Source: Pirellulales bacterium (lineage in GTDB: Bacteria; Planctomycetota; Planctomycetia; Pirellulales; UBA1268). Taken from it: a stretch of DNA of 63,296 bases. The stretch covers positions 1 through 63,296 of the forward strand of contig JBIKKQ010000002.1 of assembly GCA_044360305.1 (NCBI GenBank). The letters are read 5' to 3'. The notes below the pieces were generated by a model. The model had not been told where the DNA came from, did not search any database, and was given only the letters and a program-made list of their open reading frames with translations. Below, piece by piece: positions 44,090-53,866 of this stretch. Every line of letters starts with the position of its first letter. Positions within the stretch are counted from its first letter, which is position 1. The position numbers and the translations under genes are program-made.

Positions 44090-46800
44090 GCAGGAACACG
44101 ACCGTGGGTGGTGACCGAGTGTCGAGCGGGGTTGGCCATGGCCGGGCGGCGTTCGTGGCGCGATCGTGCATGGCCAGAACCGTCGCCACGGCGGTCGCGG
44201 TCGTGATTCTTTGCTGCCCGCCCGTGCCGCGTGTGGCGGAGGCTGACCAGTTGATGCGGGAGCCGGCGACGGATACGCCGGCAGCGCCAGCGAAGCCGGC
44301 GGCCGCGCCGCTCCTGGCGGCTCCAGATGCAACCGCGGCGCCGGTGCTCGACCTCCGCGGCGACGGCTTCAGCGTCGGCAAACTGCTCGACGCGCCGGCC
44401 GTCGCCGGCGGACCGCGGACGACGCTGCTCTGGCAGTCGGACCTGTTTGCCAAACCGCTGGAGTTCGCCATCCCTGAGATCGTCCGGATCCGGCTCCCGC
44501 GCGGGCAGGGGGTGAAGGCCGAGCCCGGCGACTGGCGGTTCGAACTCCGCGGTGGAGACACGATCATCGGCGGCCTCGAGGGGGTCGATGCGGACTGGTT
44601 CACGGTCGCTCCGCGGGACATCGGCGGCGGCGGGCCGCTGCGGGTCAGGCGCGGGGCGGTCGAACGGATGCGCCGGATGGATGCGGCGACGCGAGCGATC
44701 CTCCCCGGCTCGCTCGACGGCTGGGACGCCGTCCGCGGCGTGTGGCAGGAGCAGGCCGGCATGCTGGCGAGCGACCGGCCCAACGCGGTGGCGTTTCGAG
44801 ACGTCGGGGCGCCGGCCAAGGCCTGCTACGACGTCGTGCTCTCGTGGACAACGCGGCCCGACTTCGATCTGTACGTCGCCACCGACGCGGAGCAGTTCGC
44901 CCGGATCAAGGCCCCTGTGCCGGGCAAGAAGCCGGCCGACATCGAGGAGTACAGGCTGCAGGGCGTCAGCGGCAAGGTGCAGGCCTGGCGTGAGGGGGTA
45001 AAGGCCGACTTCGGCGAGATCGCCCCGCTGGACGCGGCCGGCGGCAGGCTGCACCTGCAGGTGTTCGTCGATCAGGAGACGGGCCGGATGGCGGTGGCGT
45101 TGCCCCAGAACGGTCAGCCGGCGGACAAGCCGGCCTTCGACAAGACCGTGGCCCCGCGGAAGCCGGCGGCCCGGCCCGGATTCGCCATCAAGCTGCGCAA
45201 GGGAACGATCCGCATCGACAGCCTGCGGGTGCTGTCGTGGGACGGAGGGCAGCCGCGGCTCGAGCCGGTCGCCGGCCTGGGAAGCAGGACGGCGGTGCTG
45301 GAGTCGTTCGACAAGGCTGCGGGGGAGTTCGTCGTCCGCGATGGTGCGGAGACCCGCCGGGTCGCCGTGGCCGCCGCCGGCGACGTGGAGTTTCCCGCGG
45401 ACCAGGCCGGTCCGGCGCCGGACCGCAGCCCGGCCGCGATGCTCGTCGGCTTCGCCGCCGGCAGCCGGCTGATCGCGGCGGTGCGCGAGATCGCCATGGG
45501 CAAGCTCGTGGTCGAGAGCCCGATCATCGAGGCGCCGATGGCCTGTCCGCTCGACCGGGTTTCGCTGCTCGAATCGGTCGGTCCCGGCCAGCCACAGGTG
45601 CTGCCGGGGCGCGTCGGGCTTCTCGAATCGGCCAAGGACCGAATGCTCGGCTGCGTGGGGCAGGCCGACGGCTTCGGCTGGCAGCCGTTGGGCGCCGTGT
45701 CGGCGGCCCCGTTCGCGGCCGTGCAGGCGGGGACGAAGATCTCGTTCCGCGGCACGTCGCTGCTCGGTGGGGCCGGCCTCACGCTGTCCAAGGTCGGCAA
45801 CGAGTGGTCGGTCGCTGAGATCGCTCCCGGCGGACCGGCGGCCCGGGACGGGCGGATCCAGCGCGGCTGGAAACTGGAGGCGATCCAACTGCTCCCCGAC
45901 GGGACGGCGGTTCCGGCCGCCGGCCTCAAGATCGAGGAACTGGTGGCCCTGCTCCGCGGCATCGTCGGCTCGGGCGTCGGCCTGCGACTGAAGGACCCGC
46001 AGGGCGCGGCCCACGAGGTGACGCTGACCCGTGACCGGGCGGGGCGCGGCGACGTCGGCAGCGTCCCCGAGCAGGACCTGCTCGCCGCCGCGGACCGGGT
46101 CCAGGATGACAAGTCGGGCATCAAGCCTGCCGGTGCCGGGGGCGGCAGCCGGATCACGCTCAAGACCGGTGACGCGATCTTCGGCACGGTCGTGTCGGCG
46201 AACGCCGAAGGCCTGCGGGTGAGGACCGACCGCGGCGGCGAGATCCTGATCCCTGCCGCGATCCTCCGGGCGGCCGAGTTGGTGAACACCACGGGCACGA
46301 CGATCACTCTGCAGAAAATGGAGCGGCTCACGACGCTGCCCCGGATGCAGATGGCCGACCCGCCCACCCACATGATCCGGCTCGAGTCGGGGGATTACCT
46401 GCGGGGCAAGCTGCTGTCGCTCGATGCCGACACGCTGAAGTTCAAGGTGCTGGAGGAGACCAAGGAGTTTCCCCGGGCGATGCTCGCCCGGATCATCTGG
46501 CTGACGGTTGCGGGAGACGGCTCGGATCAGAAGGCGGTCGAGCTGATGGCCGGCGGGGCGGGCCTGCCGGTGCAGGCCGTGGCCATCGACAAGCGGCGGC
46601 TCACCGGCGCCGCCGAACGGGTGGAGGATGGCCGGCTGGTCGGCACCGCCGGCCCGATCGGCCAGCTGCAGATCGACCTCAAGACCTGCGAGGCGCTGTT
46701 CGTCGGGGCGGCGATCGCGGCCCAGCCACCCGGCCCCAACAGTTTCAAGCAGTGGGAGCTCAAGCCGGCGAAGCCGCCGGCGGCGCTCATCAAGAAGTGA
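44086..46800 (+). CDS. 904-aa exported PDZ-containing repeat protein
   Basis: ATGA overlap with the upstream gene. Signal/anchor TVATAVAVVILCC. PDZ-like WSVAEIAPGGPAARDGRIQRGWKLEAI...GLRLKD. At least three ~45-aa modules of type (I/F)xLxxGDxxxGxLxxxDAxxLxxxxxxxxxxxFPxxxxxxI. Confidence 0.65.
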   Translation: MSRNTTVGGDRVSSGVGHGRAAFVARSCMARTVATAVAVVILCCPPVPRVAEADQLMREPATDTPAAPAKPAAAPLLAAPDATAAPVLDLRGDGFSVGKLLDAPAVAGGPRTTLLWQSDLFAKPLEFAIPEIVRIRLPRGQGVKAEPGDWRFELRGGDTIIGGLEGVDADWFTVAPRDIGGGGPLRVRRGAVERMRRMDAATRAILPGSLDGWDAVRGVWQEQAGMLASDRPNAVAFRDVGAPAKACYDVVLSWTTRPDFDLYVATDAEQFARIKAPVPGKKPADIEEYRLQGVSGKVQAWREGVKADFGEIAPLDAAGGRLHLQVFVDQETGRMAVALPQNGQPADKPAFDKTVAPRKPAARPGFAIKLRKGTIRIDSLRVLSWDGGQPRLEPVAGLGSRTAVLESFDKAAGEFVVRDGAETRRVAVAAAGDVEFPADQAGPAPDRSPAAMLVGFAAGSRLIAAVREIAMGKLVVESPIIEAPMACPLDRVSLLESVGPGQPQVLPGRVGLLESAKDRMLGCVGQADGFGWQPLGAVSAAPFAAVQAGTKISFRGTSLLGGAGLTLSKVGNEWSVAEIAPGGPAARDGRIQRGWKLEAIQLLPDGTAVPAAGLKIEELVALLRGIVGSGVGLRLKDPQGAAHEVTLTRDRAGRGDVGSVPEQDLLAAADRVQDDKSGIKPAGAGGGSRITLKTGDAIFGTVVSANAEGLRVRTDRGGEILIPAAILRAAELVNTTGTTITLQKMERLTTLPRMQMADPPTHMIRLESGDYLRGKLLSLDADTLKFKVLEETKEFPRAMLARIIWLTVAGDGSDQKAVELMAGGAGLPVQAVAIDKRRLTGAAERVEDGRLVGTAGPIGQLQIDLKTCEALFVGAAIAAQPPGPNSFKQWELKPAKPPAALIKK

Positions 46801-46812
46801 CCGGAGCGCCGC

Positions 46813-49068
46813 TCACGGCCCAGCCGGCGTAGGCAGGAGTTCCGGCGCGGCCGGCTGCGACTGCCCGGCGGTGTCGGGGCCGGCTCGCGGCGGCAGCACC
46901 TCGGCCTTCGGCTCCGACCGCGTGGCGGGGTCGCGGGGCGGGAGCTGCTGCGGGCGGGCGTCGGCGCCGATCGACTCGAAGTTCTGCTCGATCGGACCCC
47001 GGCTGAACAGGCCCGGCCGCGAGTGGCCGTAGTCGAGGTACAGGCTCGCGTCCCGCTGACGGGCCCGGCGGTGGGCGTCGAAGTAGGCCTTGCCGGGCCA
47101 CGGGCCCTCGGCGAGGAACACGCCGTTGTATTCGAGCAGCGAGCCCTTGCGGTAGTGGAGCTGGGAGATCGAGCGGGTGTAGTCCACCAGCGCCCGGTAG
47201 TAGGCGCTCTCCGCCTCGGCCCGGCGTCGCTGGGCCTCGAGGAGCTGGTCGAGCGTCACCTGGCCGGCGTCGTAGGCGGCCTGAACCGCGTCCACCTGCC
47301 GCTCGGCGGCGACCCGGCGGTTGAAGTTGGTCTGGGCGAGGGCGAAGTTGGTGTCCACGTTGCGGACCGCCTCGACCAGGGCATGGGAAGCCTCCAGCTC
47401 CTCGTCCTGGAGCCGGGCCCGTTCGCGGGCCAGCTGGAGCTGGTGGTGGCGGACGGTGGCCAGCTCGCGCCGGAAGCCGAGCGGCATCTGGAACTGGGCC
47501 CCGGCCTGCCATTCCTGGAATTTGCCACCCAGCAGTGACGAATACGCGTTCGTTCCCTCCATCGTTTCGGTACCCGGAAGTTGTCCCGGCTGGGGGAATG
47601 GGCTGTAGTTCTGACTGAGGAGTTGCTCGCCGGTGCCGAGGAACCGCCAGCGGCCGACGAGGTCGAGCCGGGGGAGGATCAGGTTCTTGGCCGCGGTCAG
47701 CTCCAGCTCGCGCTGCTTGATCACCCACTTCTGCTTGCGGAGTTCCGCCGACCTGGACAGCGCCTCGACGAGCGACTGCTGCCAATCGAACGCGATCCGG
47801 GCGGTCGTCGGCTCGTCGGACGGCCGGATCAGCCGGCCGTCGCTGGCCGAGATTCCCATCATGTAGCGGAGTCGGTTTTCGCAGCGGTAGACGTCGGTCA
47901 GGGCCTGCTCCACCTCACCGCGGAAGAAGAAGTACTGTTCGCGGGCCTGAGCCTCCTTGTCCCGCTCGCCCCCCCGCGATCCCTCGACCATCAGGGCGTG
48001 GACCTTGCGCCACGCCTCCAGCGCGCTGTCGCGGCCCGCCTTGCGGGCCTCGAGGTTGCGGTAGGCGAAGTACAGTTCCCAGTAGGACTGCTCGGTATCG
48101 CTGACGAGGTTGCGGACGCCGGCCTCGAAGTCGGCCAGGGAGATGTCGGCGTTGATCCGGGCGAGAAGGACGCCGCGGAACACCGGCCGACCGTAGATGT
48201 TCTCGAACGAGTCGGGCCCGGCGATCCGGTTGTAGGTCACGCCGGCCCCCTGGAGCAGCGGCTGGCTGAAGGAAAAGTCATAGGCCGTCGTCCAGGCCGT
48301 ATTGACGTCGCGAAATGCGTTGTTCGTGTTGTTGGCGGTGATCGTGTTGGCGACGCCGAACTGGGCGCCGGTGGCGGTGCGTTTCGTGATCCCGATGGAG
48401 TTGTTGCCCGTGACCGTCTTGAGAACAGGAACGAAGAACGCCTGCTGATACAGGGGATCGACGTTCTGCGGACGATTGCCCGAATCCCAGACCGAACTGG
48501 CCTGCAACTGCGCGTCGAACAGGGCCAGGGCGCTCTCTACGCCGCGGAAGGGATCCGTCTCGACGATGGCGGGATCGTAGACGCTGGGCGTCGCCTGGGG
48601 GTTGGTGAGCAGCGACACCGGCGGTTCGCCGGTCTGGGGGCGGGGACCGCCGAAGCTGCCGAACCGGCCGCCGAGGTTCCGCAGCACCTTGCCGTTCTCG
48701 AGGGCCGTGCGGACCGCCTCCTCCAGCGACAGTTCCCAGATGTTGTCGAAACTCGGGTTCGACAGGGTGAGCGGCTCGACGGCGCCGGCGGCCTCGGCGA
48801 GCGGCTCCTGGTTGGTGTCCGGGTATTCGAGTTTTTGGATCGCCCCGACGTAGTGCGACAGGTCGCCGTCCTCGAAGAAGTAGAACGGCTGCCGCGGCGC
48901 GCAGCCCGAGGCGAGGAGCGCCGCGCTCGTCAGGGCCACCCAGAGTTGTCGAACGGTGCGCGGCACGGCGGGGGGGGGTCCGATGTCGATTGTTCGGGTC
49001 TCGGCGCTCGCGCCAAAAACCGCCGCCGTCGCGCCTGGGAGGGGCCGGTCGATGACCGGCCCCGGCAC
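46813..49068 (-). CDS. TolC-family outer-membrane efflux protein (lipoprotein-type)
   Basis: Lipobox LLASGC. LSLEEAVRTALENGKVL, two long helical repeats with LDQLLEAQRRRAEAESAYYRALVDY, typical of OMF/TolC. The start is uncertain (only one ATG; long N-terminal region). Confidence 0.85.
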   Translation of the reverse strand: MPGPVIDRPLPGATAAVFGASAETRTIDIGPPPAVPRTVRQLWVALTSAALLASGCAPRQPFYFFEDGDLSHYVGAIQKLEYPDTNQEPLAEAAGAVEPLTLSNPSFDNIWELSLEEAVRTALENGKVLRNLGGRFGSFGGPRPQTGEPPVSLLTNPQATPSVYDPAIVETDPFRGVESALALFDAQLQASSVWDSGNRPQNVDPLYQQAFFVPVLKTVTGNNSIGITKRTATGAQFGVANTITANNTNNAFRDVNTAWTTAYDFSFSQPLLQGAGVTYNRIAGPDSFENIYGRPVFRGVLLARINADISLADFEAGVRNLVSDTEQSYWELYFAYRNLEARKAGRDSALEAWRKVHALMVEGSRGGERDKEAQAREQYFFFRGEVEQALTDVYRCENRLRYMMGISASDGRLIRPSDEPTTARIAFDWQQSLVEALSRSAELRKQKWVIKQRELELTAAKNLILPRLDLVGRWRFLGTGEQLLSQNYSPFPQPGQLPGTETMEGTNAYSSLLGGKFQEWQAGAQFQMPLGFRRELATVRHHQLQLARERARLQDEELEASHALVEAVRNVDTNFALAQTNFNRRVAAERQVDAVQAAYDAGQVTLDQLLEAQRRRAEAESAYYRALVDYTRSISQLHYRKGSLLEYNGVFLAEGPWPGKAYFDAHRRARQRDASLYLDYGHSRPGLFSRGPIEQNFESIGADARPQQLPPRDPATRSEPKAEVLPPRAGPDTAGQSQPAAPELLPTPAGP

Positions 49069-49163
49069 GGGGCCCCCCGACTCCGTGCCTGCTTGCTACG
49101 CACCGAGGCGCAACGGCGGCACGGCTGATATCGTCGTTGCGACCGGCAAACTTCGACGAATCG

Positions 49164-50231
49164 TCAGGGTTTGCCAATTTCGGTCGCCGGCCGGGCAAGG
49201 GGGGTGGGCCAGCCCGGCGTGGCAACCTGGCGAACCTCAGCGCCATCGACGAAAGAAAACAGGGCCGATGTTCCTGGGAACCGGGCGGCAACCTCCGGCC
49301 CTGCTCGCGGGCCGAGGACGCTGAGGGCCGTCGCCAGGGCGTCGGCCGTGGTGCAATCGGGGGCGATCACGGTCACGGCGGTCCGGCCGACGACGCCCAG
49401 CCCCGTGCGTGGATCGACGATGTGGCTGTAGCGCACGCCGTCGATCTCGACGGCCTGGTGGGCGTCGCCAGACGTGGTCACCGCGGCATTGGCGAGTTCC
49501 AGGGATGGCCCCTGCGGGCCGTGGCCGCCATGAGGGCGGGCTGCGATCCGCCAGCCCCGCGTCCCGGCCGGTGCCGCCGAGACCACGATGTCGCCCGAGG
49601 CGTCGATCATCGCCGCACCGACGCCCCGGTCGGCGAGCACCGCGAGCGCCCGGTCGGCGGCGTAGCCCATGCCGATGCCCCCCAGATCGAGCCGCGTGCC
49701 CGCGAGCGGCACGAGCACGGCCTGGCGAGCGGGGACGAGTACGACCGCCCCGGGACCGACGGCGGCGCGGGCCGCCGCCAGCCTGTCCGCCCGCGGCATC
49801 CGGCCGGTCCGCCGGGCCTGCCTCCAGAGCGTGGTGAGCGGCCCGACCGCCGGGTCAAAGGCCCCCGCGGTCGTGTCGCGGATCGCGACCGACCGTTCGA
49901 GCACGTTCCACAGGTCGGCGGAGACGGCGACCGGGTCCACCGTCGGGGCGGCCGCCGAGAGCCGCGACAGCTCGCTTGCGGGATCGTAGTCCGACAGGAT
50001 CCCCTCCAGCCGCTGCACCTCGGCGAACGCGGCCCCGATCGCGGTCGCCGCCTCGGCCGCGGTCGTCGCCTGCACCGTGATCGTCCACGGCACGCCCATC
50101 AGCCGCCTGGTCTCGGCGAACCGGCCGGCCGGCTTCGGGGGCGCCGGCGCGGCACAGCCGGCCACGATGGCGGCCAGTCCGGCCCCGACCGCTGCACGGC
50201 ACAGCCGCCGGCGATAGAATCGTTCCCTCAT
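49164..50231 (-). CDS. apbE: FAD:protein FMN transferase (ApbE family lipoprotein)
   Basis: Lipobox IVAGC. MGVPWTI, SDYDPASELSRLS, DLGGIGMGYAADRA and VTTSGD are ApbE motifs. ATG 50231 within track ORF 49164..50387. Confidence 0.9.
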   Translation of the reverse strand: MRERFYRRRLCRAAVGAGLAAIVAGCAAPAPPKPAGRFAETRRLMGVPWTITVQATTAAEAATAIGAAFAEVQRLEGILSDYDPASELSRLSAAAPTVDPVAVSADLWNVLERSVAIRDTTAGAFDPAVGPLTTLWRQARRTGRMPRADRLAAARAAVGPGAVVLVPARQAVLVPLAGTRLDLGGIGMGYAADRALAVLADRGVGAAMIDASGDIVVSAAPAGTRGWRIAARPHGGHGPQGPSLELANAAVTTSGDAHQAVEIDGVRYSHIVDPRTGLGVVGRTAVTVIAPDCTTADALATALSVLGPRAGPEVAARFPGTSALFSFVDGAEVRQVATPGWPTPLARPATEIGKP

Positions 50232-50721
50232 GGATGCGTCAGCCGCGGAAGCGAAGATCCCGATCACGTTCCAGTGTACGCCGCTGCGCAGCGTGCCGCG
50301 GCTCGACATCCCGCTCGACGCGTCGCCCGGCTTTCGCGCCCGGGCCGAGCGGCTCCAGCGGGCCGTTTCCCGCCACGGTGCCCGCAACGCCTACTATCTC
50401 ACCGATGGCCGCTGCACGTTTCACTTCACCAACGACCCAGCGACCGGGTGGGCCCGGTTCCGCTTCGAGGGCACGCTGCTCACCGACGACCACGACCTGC
50501 GCACGATCGGCAGCGATCTCACCGTCGATCTCGACGGCGAGACCTGCGACTGGCTGACGCAGCCGGCCGTCGAATGGCTCCGCGGCACGGTCGTGCGGGC
50601 CGTGGAGTCGGAGTTCGACCGCTACATCGCCGCCGGCGACCTGTCGCGGACGCTGGAGCGGCTGGCCCGCGAGCAGGCGGCCAGCGACGCCGCCGGCGGC
50701 TACGTCGGGATGAATCTCTGA
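50230..50721 (+). CDS. hypothetical cytoplasmic protein (163 aa)
   Basis: GC3-rich codons and balanced, globular-looking composition, unlike the Arg/Gly/Pro-rich shadow ORF on the opposite strand. I recognise no family. Confidence 0.5.
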   Translation: MDASAAEAKIPITFQCTPLRSVPRLDIPLDASPGFRARAERLQRAVSRHGARNAYYLTDGRCTFHFTNDPATGWARFRFEGTLLTDDHDLRTIGSDLTVDLDGETCDWLTQPAVEWLRGTVVRAVESEFDRYIAAGDLSRTLERLAREQAASDAAGGYVGMNL

Positions 50722-50747
50722 CGCCAGACCGGCGGTGAGCCGTGCCG

Positions 50748-51422
50748 TCAGCCGCGGGCGGTGACCTCGAGGAGCACGCTCTCGTTGTCGCTCCCGCGGA
50801 TCGGCCACGAGGCGATCCGGCGCACGACTACCCGCCGGGTCAGTCCCTGGAGCCGGGCCGCGTCCTTCTCCTCCTCCCAGCGCGGGCCCTTCACGACCAG
50901 CAGCCGGCCGAAGTCGGCGCACAGCGGCTCGAACCAGCCGAGCAGCTTCGACAGCGGCGCGACGGCCCGCACCACCAGCGTGTCGAACCGGCCCCCTTCC
51001 GCCGCCCGGGCCCGGACCACGGCCTGCGCGGCGCAGGCATGCATCGGCACCGCGAGGCCGATGTCGGCGACGATCTCCGCCACCGCCCGGGCCCGCTTCC
51101 CCACGCTCTCGGAGAGTTCCACCCGGAGGTCGGGCCGCAGGATCGCGAGGATCACCCCCGGGACGCCTCCACCGGTGCCGACGTCGAGCACCCGCTCCCC
51201 CGCCGCCAGCCGGGGGGCGATCGCCGCCGCGTCGCCGACGTCCCGGGAGACGTATCGCTCGACGTCGGTGTGCCGGGTGAGGTTGAGCCGCTCGTTCCAG
51301 AACCAGAGCCTGTCGGCATAGGCGGCGAGCCCGGGCAGGCTCGCCGCCGGCAGGTCGATTCCAAGTCGCGCAGCCTCCGCGCCGATCGCCTTCTCGAGCG
51401 GCGTGCGGTCGGGAAGGCTCAT
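50748..51422 (-). CDS. rsmG: 16S rRNA (guanine527-N7)-methyltransferase
   Basis: WNERLNLT, VLDVGTGGGVPG (SAM motif I), and a length of about 220 aa. Confidence 0.9.
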   Translation of the reverse strand: MSLPDRTPLEKAIGAEAARLGIDLPAASLPGLAAYADRLWFWNERLNLTRHTDVERYVSRDVGDAAAIAPRLAAGERVLDVGTGGGVPGVILAILRPDLRVELSESVGKRARAVAEIVADIGLAVPMHACAAQAVVRARAAEGGRFDTLVVRAVAPLSKLLGWFEPLCADFGRLLVVKGPRWEEEKDAARLQGLTRRVVVRRIASWPIRGSDNESVLLEVTARG

Positions 51423-51447
51423 GCGGACCCCGGCATCGGACGAGGGC

Positions 51448-53622
<2,175 letters not shown>

Positions 53623-53866
53623 GGGAGAATCCTTCTTCGGTTACTGAGACGGATCAGGAAAGGCGAACGAATCCCTGCGGTGCCCGGGGCTTGCACACAC
53701 CTGCCAGCCGGTGCCGCCGGGCATGCGACGACCGGGCCGTGGTCACGGCCGTTCCAAGTCGCCCGACGCAGCCAGAAGAAGAATTCAACGTCGGGAGACG
53801 GATGAGGGGAACGAAAGGGAGCGTAACGGCGCGTCGGGGGCAGTTCAAGGGGCCGCCCCGCGGGCC

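Noticed and set aside
53623-53700. Glutamine (glnA-motif) riboswitch in the glnN 5' leader (CGTTCGCC...CCGAAGAAGGA strings).
   Set aside because: The P1 pairing expected for the glnA RNA motif (CGUUC...GAACG) cannot form, because the flanks are direct rather than inverted repeats. The conserved GGACGGAAGUAGG core is absent.
53692-53707. Sigma-54-like CTGGCAGGTGTGTGCAA on the minus strand, about 70-85 nt upstream of glnN (attractive because of NtrC-type control of glutamine synthetases).
   Set aside because: The GG-to-GC spacing is one nucleotide short of the consensus and the -24 box is TGGCAG rather than TGGCAC. It is worth testing only if a genome-wide sigma-54 model supports it.
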